A stretch of 60,736 nt of DNA, the filler included, from Jimgerdemannia flammicorona (Eukaryota): assembly GCA_003990765.1 (NCBI GenBank). It is 3 parts of 3 records of this genome, joined end to end, with 100 filler letters (N's around TTAATTAATTAA, not from the genome) between each part and the next. Parts side by side here need not be neighbours in the genome. Positions count along the whole stretch, not along the records: positions 1 to 20,181 come from RBNJ01001741.1; positions 20,282 to 40,462 come from RBNJ01001742.1; 1 more part is not named here. The stretch is one strand, 5' to 3'. Numbering within the stretch: the first letter of the stretch is position 1; each line of letters starts with the position of its first letter. The position numbers and the translations under genes were made by a program. The notes beneath the pieces were generated by a model. The model was given only the letters and a program-made list of their open reading frames with translations. It did no database searches and was not told the origin of the DNA. Positions 13,082 through 23,800 of the stretch are shown one piece after another.

Positions 13082-15126
13082 CTAAGGTCGGTACCAGTTC
13101 TTGGGGTCCGAATCGCCAAGGCAGTCACCCACGGTAGTGACCTTGTATCCGAGCTTCTTGACGTAGTCTACTGCCCAGGGAGCGAGCTGCTGGGATGTAA
13201 TTTTGTGCGGATCATGCTGGAGCGAGATATGGCCCGAGTCGGCGGGGGTGGTGCCCTTGATGGCGTTCTGGTAGTTGGTCTGCTCCTTCTTTAGGTTCTC
13301 GACCAGCCAGTCCTCAGAGTCCACATCCCAAACCACCACCTTGTAACCCATCGCGCCGAGCACGCGGAGATTGTCGGCGTTGTAAGCGCCGAAGGGCGGA
13401 CGGAAGTAAGTCGGAATGCATCCAATAATCTTTCGGAGGGCGACCTCGAGCTGAGTAATCTCAGAGCGGAGCGCAGCTTCATTGAGGGTCGAGATGTTCT
13501 GTAATATTGGTTAACGACATTTAAATGTGGCACAGCTTGATTAGAAAGAATGATCGGATTCATGTAATGTTTGGTTTTTGTCGAGCTACCCCAAACGCAA
13601 ATAAAATCGCAAAAGAACGATCACATACCGCATGGCTCCAGGTGTGATGGGCGATCTGATGACCGCGATCGAAGGCCTTCTTTAAAGTTTTGGCATAATC
13701 GTAGATATTACTGTGTATTAAAAAAAAAAAAGATAGTTCGTAATAAGAATCCACATCATTATTACGTTGAATCAAGAAAGAAAGAAAAAAGATTCAAGTA
13801 CCCGAAATTCTTGCCGTTGATGAAGAAGGTGACTTTGAGACTTTGTGTATCCAGGTAGTCAAGCAGCGCGTCCGTAAAGTTGTACGGGCCGTCTGTGAAG
13901 ATCAGGCACATGCGTTAGGCATTAGTAGACAGAAATCGAGTGACCATTCTTCCAAAAGGCGAAAAACGAAATTCTTACCATCGAACGTGATGGCGAATGT
14001 ACCCTTCTTTGTGCAGGTATAGATCGGAATCGGTGGGGGGGGGGAGCCGCCGGCGCCTTGGGCAATGCACACGTTTACACCAGCATTTAAAAATCTGCAG
14101 TCGAGGCCGGGGTTATACGAGAGGAATGTGTCTAAGGTTAGTTTGGCTGCCTGCGAGATCGCCCAGCAAGTCTCATCTTTCCCAATGGCGTGCAGCTTGG
14201 TGCAGCCCCATTTCCCCGTGGGGGTGGGGGTTGCCCCCGAGGAGGACTTGCTCGCGCTCGAGGGAGCAGGGCCGGCCGCAGTGGCCACACAGACTTGCTG
14301 GCCGAGCTGGAGCCCCTTGCATTGAATCCCCGGGTTGTTGGCCATGAATTTATCCTCAGTCTGGCCAAAAGCTGTCCAGATGCTCCAACCTATAATTTAT
14401 AACACATAAGATAAAACGTCGATATGTATTGAGCAGATTTTTAGAGACAAAAACTAGGCGCAAAAATAGAACATTCGACTGAATCGCAACACTTACAGGT
14501 GTCATTCTTTTTGACGCTGTAGTACGAGGTGCAGTGAAACGCAGTTGGAGTTGTGGTTGGCCCCGTAGAGGCTTTGCTTGGGGCGGCGCTCGAAATGGCC
14601 GTGCAAATCTTCTGGCCAGGCTGGATTGTCGAGCAATTAAGTCCGGGGTTGTATTTCACGAGGTTATCTTGGGTGATGCCGGCGTCCTTCGAGATAGACC
14701 AGCCTATGTAAGGGAGGACGTGAGATTGACTTTGATTGGCATGCCAAGAATTTTTCGTCCTTCAACGGTTGGTTGGAGAGCGGGACGCGGATGCTTACAA
14801 CTTTCTCCGGAACTGATTGTGTGCCAACTGAAGCACTTCGGGGCCGCACTCGACTGAACGGAGCTGGGCGCCTTGCTGCCGACAGCTTGGATACACAATT
14901 TGTCGCCGACCTTGATCTTCTTACAATCGTACTTGGGATTCAGCTGTGCAAGAACCTTTTCGGTGATCTTGGCTTTGGAGGCGACAGTGGTACCTTTGGT
15001 CGGAAGGAGGACGGGATACAAAAGGTTTAGATTGGAATGCTCGAGCGTCACAGTGAATCATATTTCGTGAAGATCATGGAGCCTGATCTGGCTAGAAGGT
15101 ACGTACATGTATCTTTCGCAACGACG

Positions 15127-15160
<34 letters not shown>

Positions 15161-15375
15161 ATGCAATTGAATGAGATAAGTTAAATTTTAGCGCATTCTA
15201 ACATAAAACAACTTCATAACTATTATACTACGTTTGCTCAAGCACGAACGTGGACAAATTCACAGTACGCGTACGTGTAAGTCTTCGGACAAGTAGCAGC
15301 CGGGGCTGCGAGGGTCTCGGGAGCACAAATAACCACGAAGGCGGCCGCGACGCCCAGGATAGTGAAGAACTTCAT
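13082..15375 (-). CDS. Secreted protein with 4 LysM domains fused to a CE4 (NodB) chitin/polysaccharide deacetylase
   Basis: Signal peptide MKFFTILGVAAAFVVICA. Four Cys-flanked fungal LysM repeats (D/E-T/S-C..NP..C..GxxxC). CE4 motifs TFDDGP, HTWSH, RPPF, DSEDW and LQHD are all present after splicing. Confidence 0.92.
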
Positions 15376-17752
15376 GGTGGCCGACTCGGATAGACAAAAG
15401 TTTGGGATGAAGAAGAACGGTGGGGGAGAGGGGAGTGAAGAAGACGAACGGACAAAGGAGAGCGTTCAATTTCAAGGCCTGAAACCGACGTAGTGGTGTA
15501 ACAATATACTTGGATCGCTCGTAATGCGATTAGGGGACTCGTTCGCGAAAATAAATTCGAGTGACACGAACGCCTACTTTTGGCGCAGTTGCCTGCTAAG
15601 AATGGCAGGTCCGTCAAATGGAGGGGCTTGGCCGGAACGTGTTTCCTTTGGCTTGAAACCGCAAACGCTGCATCGCCACATTAGCCGGGTTGCTTGCCAA
15701 CATGAACAAATAACCCCCCTTTATTTTATTTATTTTTTTGAATCATCGTACGGTCAGCGAATCTGAATTTGTGAAGGTACCGGCGTAGCTTAATGTCAAA
15801 CGCATGGCAACGTGTCTATAGGATAGGCTAAACCTCATTTGAGGTTTTCCCATTATGAACAACTCTCCGCAGTCATTTCTTTTAAGGCGGAAATTCCAAA
15901 GTAGCCAATACCAGAGTTCCGACACACTGGACCTTGGAAATCGTGCATGGCTGCTGCATGTCCTGTCAAATTAAAAATGGAGCGCCTGCCTTCTAGTGGC
16001 GGATGCAAGGAAGCACGTCGCTGCAATGGCTACGCATCGAACCATAAAACGGTGTCACGGCAGTCCGAGATGGCATTTCTCGTTAAGCTCGATTCATGGT
16101 GTCCAATTATATCACATCGTAAAGGTGAAGACATTCCATCTTCATGTAATTTCTTGTCTTGAAACCGGATCCACTCACATAATTATTGTCACTTTAGTAT
16201 GCATTCTATTATTCAAGGGGGGAGGGATTGGAGCATAACCAAACAAAAGCACCTTCAGATATTGGTTTGAGCGGTAGATTAATATATACGGATCAGGGAC
16301 GAGCGTGCCATGCTTTTTGGACAAAAACAAAAAAATAGAATTGCACAGAGGTATGGAGCATTTATTAAAGGCTTCTAAAGGCAACTGAATCTATCGCGCG
16401 AGGAACAACTCGTTGTCAGAGAATAAAGCAGCATTGGACATGGAGGGAACAATGGATCAAATGGACGTCGTACGGGCCTGGAAAGCCCTTAGCGACGAAT
16501 CTCTTAATAAAACCCTCTCTCTCTGCCAAGAAACAGCCGCCTTTCCGTCCACAATACCACCAACGACCCGCGGTCACTATGGCCACATTCTGCTCGTCCC
16601 TTGGCTTTTATGCTGCATCCACCGCACTTGGCTGGATCAGGAAGTGGCCACCCCACTTCGATACCGAGAACGAGAGCATTATTGCGGGCCAGAGTGCCGC
16701 GAGACATGGCCAAGACGGTTATATCGCATGCCGCATTCCTTGGAAATACCCCACCATTGCACCGACCAATTTTTACCCGCACCACTTCATTGGCACCCCA
16801 TTATCGTAGCGTGGGGGTTTGTTTTATCTTTGTCGTTTCTGGGACGTGTATCACATTCTGGTCGGGACGATTGTTAAGCTTGTCTTGACGAGTCTCAACA
16901 CGACCTTGTGGGGCGCACACGTATACAAATAGCTCCGACGGCGTATACCAAGGCCATGGTGCTGGGATTTTCAAGACATGGAAGCAGGAAGTCCAAAAAT
17001 GTCGTGACAAGCCACTAGCACGCGGTTAACATCTCACACACACGGGTCTTCTACCTGCCATGACGTGCGACGATTTGACATTCTGCACAGGTCGGCTCAC
17101 ATCCAGCCTCACGAATCAAATATCTTGGGTGGCATACTTACGACCCAAAGCTTATCTAACCTACCGACAAGAGATCACGCCATGCTCATTTGCATGGAAC
17201 CCTTGCCAAATATACACAAATATGCCGTTTTGGCGCGTCCCTGGGCCCTACACACGTTTATGTAATGATCAGGGCCTTTGTTTACATTCCTCTGCCACGC
17301 GATCTGCCGAACAATCCAATATCACTAACGACAAGAGACCGGACTCCGAAGGGAATTAATGGCAAGGGGAGGTTGTACATATGTTGGGTGGGGGATATCG
17401 ATAGACGGACAATACAAAATTTAAGATATATGATCCAACCGACAGATGATGCACAGAGTAAAACTATAAATAGCTGATGGTACAGAAGTGTATGAGGGTA
17501 TAACGATCGAGGGTGCACGATGTTTTTGCGCCGCTTTGTTTTCTTTTCTCCCGTTCGCGCCGTAAATGCAACCAGTTCCAGTCCAACCAATTCAAACCGT
17601 TCGTGGATGGACGAAGGATTCTAAGAGTTTACTGTCGAAGCTCGTCTAGTGTGCACGCGGTACCCGACTGCGCGCATGCAAGCCCGCCCTTCGTCCCGTT
17701 TCCTTCCACCACGCCCGCTCGAATTCATTTAGCATCATCGACGACCTCGACC

Positions 17753-20181
17753 TTAGAAATAATTATAACTCGCTTTCGCTGCCGTAACAGTGGTATTGCT
17801 CCCGGCCTCCATTCTCTCATCCTCCTCCGCCCATGCGTCCCTCGAATCTCTCTTGGAGGCTTTGAATGGGTTTGTCTCCGCATCAGACTTGTGCGACGGG
17901 CCGACATTAACGGACTCGTCATTGTCCTGGAACGAGAAAACGACGCGCGGTGCGACGGGCTGCGCGACCGGGAGGTTGACGATTTGAGTGACCTTCCCGC
18001 GGGTAATCCCCGCGAAGGGGTTGCTAGAGGAAGTGGTGGACAGGGTCGAGGCTGCAGAAGCCGCGCGCTGGGGGAGTGGGTCCGTTGGGCTTGAATAATC
18101 GCTGGGGACGTCGCTTGGGACGACGGGCTGGGTGCCGAAGACGCCGACAGAGTCGAGCGAGATGTTGGAAACCCGTAGCGCAGACCCTTGCGAGGGTGGG
18201 AGGACGGGCGACTCGTCTGACGGGGACTGCCGCTGTGGAGCCACGGACAGGATTGTGGCCTGTTGCGGCTGCGCGATGTTGATAGTCGTCGTGTGGAACG
18301 CCTGCGGCGCAGCAAGCGGCTGGCGCGAGACCGGAGACGCGCGCGGTGGCGGGGTCTGGACGGGCGCTGAGGCTGCGGCGTCAGCCTGGTAAGCCTTGAA
18401 AATTGGTGCGTGGAGTGTGATAAAACCCGAACCGCGAGAAATGTCGGAGAGATGAGCACTGTTTGTTGGGGATGCGGGCTCGTGCGAGAGGAAGTCGTAC
18501 TTCGACCCGACGGTGGGCGAGATGGTAGTAGGCGATACGGGGCCCGTCTGGAACTTTGCGGGAATGCCCGGGGTGGGGACTGGCGGTGAGCTGTAGAGCT
18601 CCGAGTCGCGCGAGTAAGTCGAATACACGGACTGCATCTTATACCTGGAGTTGTTAGTGTTGCTTGGCGCTGGGGTCGTGGAATCCAGCGGCTCCATTTT
18701 GAATGTGTCCAATCCCAGATACAACGACTCATGCCCGTTCAGCCCGAACTCCTCGTCATTCGGCAACAACGCCGAATCTCTCAGCGTATTACATGGCTTC
18801 TCGTCGCTAATGTCCTTCGTCCCCTGCGACGACTCGCCCCTCCCATGATCATGCACAACCGTCACGGAATCGCTATACGGGTTATTGCCCTGCGTCGGCT
18901 GGCTGTCATACCCATCTAACGCCTGCGATAGGTTCTCCGCAGCGCTCGCACTGGCTATGAGCGCGTTCCTCATATCACGCTCCTCCTGCTGCTGCCTCAG
19001 GTCCTCGGGCGACAGTGTCCCTGAATCGCGCGGGCCCACACCGCCAGGGAGGGTCGAGCTGCGCATGTGCGAGAACGCCTTGGTGAGGTAATTATACTTT
19101 GACAACCTCGCGCCGTTCGACTGGTGCGAGTCCCTGTACGTCACGGCGGGCGCAGGCGCTGTGAGCTGCTGGGGTTGGAAGGCGCGTGCAGCAGCAGCAG
19201 GAGAGAGGGTCTCTTCGTTAGCGTGCGGACGGGCCGAGCTGTTGTAGTAGTGGTCGTAGTTGTTGGCGGTGGCAGAGGCGTTGGTCATGGAGGTGGCCTG
19301 CGGGTAACCCGAGGGCGGGTAGAGCAAGTTCTGTGGGTAAGCCGTGTATTGTGTGGTGTTCGCGTGTTCCTGTTTTGGGTAGGCCGAGTTGGCCTGGGCT
19401 CCGAAGGGGGCGTCGGTGTTTCCGAAGCCGGCGTTTCGGGAGGCGAAGGGGTAATTATTATTCAAGGATGTGGTCGAAGAGCTGCTGTTACCCTCGTTGG
19501 CAAAGACCATGGACGGGACACTGCGGCCGCGGTCGAAAGACGGCTCGCGTCTACGCCTCGCGACGCGGTAGATGGCAAAGGCGACCGCGGCGGCGAGGAA
19601 TACACCGATAACGATACCAGCGATCTTGGCGGCCTTGGAGAGATCCATGGTGGCCGTGGCCGAGGCGTCACAAGCGTTGTTCGTACAACTGGTCGACTGG
19701 CATTGGTTGCCATCCGTGCAGTAAGAGCCCGCAGATAGGAGTGCGTAGCAGGCGTTCAGGGTGTAGTTGCAGAATTTACCAGATGGGCAGGTGAGGCTGG
19801 CGGGGTTGTTAGCGTCCGGCTGGCAGCTTGGAGATGGGGAGACGGGGGCCGAGGAGACGGAGGCTGAGGAGACGGAGGCTGAGCCCGAGGTTGAGAGCAA
19901 GAACGAGGATAGGGTCGGAATGTTGGAGGAGCTGGAAGGGATGACCGAAGAAATGAGGGAGGAGTTGAGCGAGGGGGTGGCGATGGAATAGAGGGAGGAT
20001 GCCGAGATGGAAGCGGAGATGCTCTCGGAGGTGGCGGTCTCCGTGGAGGTTACCGTCGGAGCGGTGGTCGAGATGGGTGCCGTGGTAACCGGGATTATAG
20101 GGAGGGCGGTTGTGGTTGGTGTGGTATTTTGGGTGCTTGTTGCGAGGGTCGGGGTGGTGATTGGGGTGGTGGCCGGGGTGG
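17753..20181 (-). CDS. Type I membrane mucin-like sensor (Ser/Thr-rich ectodomain, Cys-rich module, one TM helix, long disordered cytoplasmic tail); 5' end cut by contig end
   Basis: The frame stays open from the contig end (TPATTPITT...). It includes an 8-Cys module (CQPD..CPSGKFC..C..C..C..C..C), the TM segment IAGIVIGVFLAAAVAFAIY and the stop-transfer RVARRRR. Confidence 0.8.
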
Positions 20182-20281
20182 NNNNNNNNNNNNNNNNNNN
20201 NNNNNNNNNNNNNNNNNNNNNNNNNTTAATTAATTAANNNNNNNNNNNNNNNNNNNNNNNNNNNNNNNNNNNNNNNNNNNN
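20182..20281. other. Artificial contig linker (N-TTAATTAATTAA-N)
   Basis: Six-frame stop linker embedded in Ns. Confidence 0.99.
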
Positions 20282-20408
20282 CCCGGGCTGTAGATCGACG
20301 TTGTGGCCCACGCATCCAGGCAGGCGGGCACGTTCTCGGGCCTCCAAGGGCGAGGGCCCTGAATTGGTGTTTCGCCTCGCCCACGTGACGAGCCTCATTT
20401 AACTATAT

Positions 20409-20449
20409 GGGGCGTGCTGCAACAAAACCAGACAAAGTGAAAATTTGAC
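20409..20449 (+). mobile_element. Probable DNA-transposon terminus (GGGGCGTGCTGCAACAAAACCAGACAAAGTGAAAATTTGAC)
   Basis: A near-identical reverse-complement copy lies at 55033-55072 on another contig. It marks the switch from CpG-rich to AT-rich DNA. Confidence 0.6.
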
Positions 20450-20491
20450 GTCATTCAGACATCAGACTCGAAGATTTTGTTTTTGCTCAAA

Positions 20492-20817
20492 CTACTTCCT
20501 AAATTTCAATAAAGGTCACTTTCTAACCTCAATTTGAGCATTCTGTTGAGAATTCAATTTTTCTAACTGAGTTTTTAATTGAGTAACTTCTTCCTTATAA
20601 GATTCTATTTCATTAATCAGGTCTTGAGGAGTTAATTCTTTTAATCACTTGTTCTCTACTTCTAATTGCTTGATTCTTTCCTCTAATTCTCTAATCCTAT
20701 CTAAAAGTTCTTGTTTTTGTTCCTTACCTCTTCACTCAGACATTTCATAGAATTTGTCTATTTCTTTTCTTTCAATTTCTAAGGCTTCTTCTATTGTAGT
20801 CAACTCTTTTCACAAAC
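20492..20817 (-). pseudogene. AT-rich coiled-coil ORF fragment whose only internal stops are TGA; truncated by an LTR
   Basis: 108 codons: ...KQELLDRIRELEERIKQLEVENK*LKELTPQDLINEIESYKEEVTQLKTQLEKLNSQQNAQIEVRK*PLLKFRK-TAG. Confidence 0.6.
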
Positions 20818-23800
20818 TGTAATGGTTCTAGTTTCTAAATGAGGAAGTGACTAAGTCTGGTGGTCCTAAGTAGCTTGAAGAGATACTAAGGATTCAAGTG
20901 TTCTCGAAGGATTTCTGAGAGAAAATATTCTGAGACTTTATTCATGAGAACAAAGGGGATATTTATACAAGATCTGAAAGAAGGATCTGGAAGGATCTGA
21001 GAAATCAAAAGAAAATACCAAGAGGAAAGTTCTCAGCAAAGATGACAAATGATGACAAATAAAGTTCTACAAGTTTCCAGGACATTCAGTGACTAACTAA
21101 ATAAGTACTAGTTAATGCTCGGTACCAAGAAAGGATTTCTAAGTATTCAGAAAGTACCAGAAGATTGTAGAATATTGAAGAAAGACAAAGAAAAGGAATA
21201 AACTATGCTAAAATATTACATCTCCCCCTCCTTAAGAATCAATGTCCTTGTTGAATTCTCAAAGTTACATACAATAAATAATAAGACTAAAAGAAACTTC
21301 AAATTAAATATACCAACTCATTGGTAAGGATTGGCCATCCTTGTATAAGGCAAGGGCCAAAGTATCATCTTGATCAGATGAGAACTGGTTCGAACCTCAT
21401 TGGTTGCAGGATTTATAGAGTTCTCCTATATCTCTTATTTCTGATGCTGTATCCCTTAGAGAGCCCCAATGTGTAATATATCTAATCAGTACAGTAGGTC
21501 ATCTACTATCTAAGTGGAGAATCTCATGGGTAGTCAATAAGTTCCTTTTTGCTCAAACTCTTGGATGAGGTCTTGAGAGTTCTTGAGATTAGTGGCAGGT
21601 TCCCAGGTGGTGTTATATTCAGAGTAACCCATCCACTTGACTAGGTATTCTATACAACAGTATTGGACTTATTTGTTTAAGATTTTCTCGACTTCATACT
21701 CGATGTGGTCTTCAACTATGACTAGTGCTGATGGTGTCAGAATTCAGCCAGGGTATGGGAGTGACTGGTTCCAGGCCTTGAGTTGTGACATATGGAATAC
21801 TGGATATATATATATGGTTATTGGTAAGTTGAGATGGTAAGACCAGGTAGAGACTTGCTCAGTGATCTTAAAGGGTCTAAGGTACTTGGGCTGGAATTTG
21901 GCTGACTGGCAGTTGACTTGAGATTGAGCCTTGATGTTGTTGGCTTTGAGTAGAACCATATCACCAATGTTGTATATAACATCTTGCTGCTTCTTATCTG
22001 CATACTTAGCTTGATGTTGCTGAGCCTTTTGCAGATTCATAGTGGCAATCTTGAGAAGGGAATCCATTTTGTCAATAAGGTTCTGGGCTGTAGAGACTTG
22101 TGTATGACTGGATTGCTGGAATTGGACTAGACTTATAGGGGTCTCAGGGTTTTGACCATGAAGTAGCTGAAATGGGGAAAGACCAGTTAATGATTGGTTG
22201 GCATTATTATAAGTGAACTTGGCATAGGTCAGATAGTGGTCCCAATCATTTTTCTCATAAGATACATAGTTTCTGAGCATTTGTTTGAGTGTTCTGTTCA
22301 TTCACTTGATCTGTCCATCAGTTTGAGGGTAAAAGGCAATGAACATAGCAATTTGGGTTCCAAGGGTCTTGAAGAGTGCTTGCCAGAAGTGGCTTGTGAA
22401 CTTGGGGTCACAGTTGCTGATAATTACTCAGAGAAGTCCATAATGGCAGAAGACAGTCTTGAAGAAGATTCTTGTAATTTCTGGGACAGTGGCATTGATT
22501 GTGATTGGCTCGGCAATTGTAATCTTAGTGAGACAGTCTACAAACACAACAATAGCATCATAGTCTGTTTTGGTTCATAGGAGTTGCACAATGAAGTCCA
22601 TTGTGACTTGTTTGAACTTCTTGGTTGAAATTGACAAGGGTTGTAGAAGACCGATAGGTGCTTGGTTGCTTGATTTGTTTCTTTGGCAAAGATCATAGCT
22701 TTGGACATACTCCTTGATTTCCTTGAGCATGTTTGGCCAGTAGTAGTCTTGTTGGATATACTTGATGGTCTTCTCAGTTCCAAGGTGGCTAGCTAGTGGG
22801 GAGTCATGATGTTCATGAAGAATCTTATACCATAGTTCAGAGTTGGTAGAAATATATACTTTGTCTTGATAGTACATGAGGTTGTCCTTGATGGTGTACT
22901 TGTTCTTGAATTCCTTAGTGTTCCTTTGTAGAACCAGAGAGTCTTGTTCATATGCCTTCTTGATCTAGTTGAGGAATTCAGGTGCCATGGTAACTTGTAA
23001 AATTGCAGTAAGGTCAGGTCTTCTTGAAAGTATATCTGGTACAACTAGAGTTTTGCCAGGCTTGTAGATGATGTTTGGGGTAAAGGTCTGAAGTAGTTGA
23101 CTCCACTTGGCTTGTTGGTGAGAAAGGGTTGGTTGAGTATTAATGTACTAAAGGGATCTGTGATCAGTGATCACATCAAACTCAACTCCTTCTAGATAGT
23201 ATTGCCAGGTCTTGAGGGCATATATGATTGCCAGGAGTTCCTCTTCATGAGTAGCTAGCTTTTGTTCTGCTGGGGATAATTTTCTTGACTCAAAGGCAAT
23301 AGGTCGGTGTCCTTGACCATCATCTTGAGAAATGACTGCACCAATGGTAAAGTTAGATACATCTATAGTGACTATGAACTTCAAGTTTGGGTCCATATTT
23401 CTAAGAACAGGTGCATGGGTCAGACAGTTCTTGAGTTCTTGAAAGGCTTATTAACAGAAGGCATCCCAGATATAGGGGACATAGAGGTCAGAGTTGGGTT
23501 TCTTTTGCAGGAGGTTTGTCAAAGATTCTGCAATACCAGAGAAGTTCTTGACAAATCGATGATAGTATCCAGCCAGACTAAGGAAGGACCTGAGTTCAGT
23601 GAGGTTTTCTGGTACAGGCCACTGTTCAATGGCTTGTATTTTCCTTGGGTCTACTTGAATTCCTTTGGCTGATACAATGTGTCCAAGATATTTTACTTGA
23701 TCCTTGAAAAATTCACATTTCTTGAGCTTTGCATAGAGCTTATTCTCATGGAGGATCTTGAGGACTTGTTCAATGTGCTTGAGATGTTCTTCTTCAGTGC

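Noticed and set aside
16413..17480. Cluster of short ORFs upstream of the LysM-CE4 gene
   Set aside because: No motifs or consistent spliced frame found.
17513..19991. Many long overlapping ORFs on both strands
   Set aside because: Shadow frames of the GC-rich membrane-sensor gene.
20182..20281. TTAATTAATTAA palindrome within Ns (also 40463-40562)
   Set aside because: Assembly linker. The contigs are near-equal in length and apparently size-sorted, so no functional linkage across it can be inferred.
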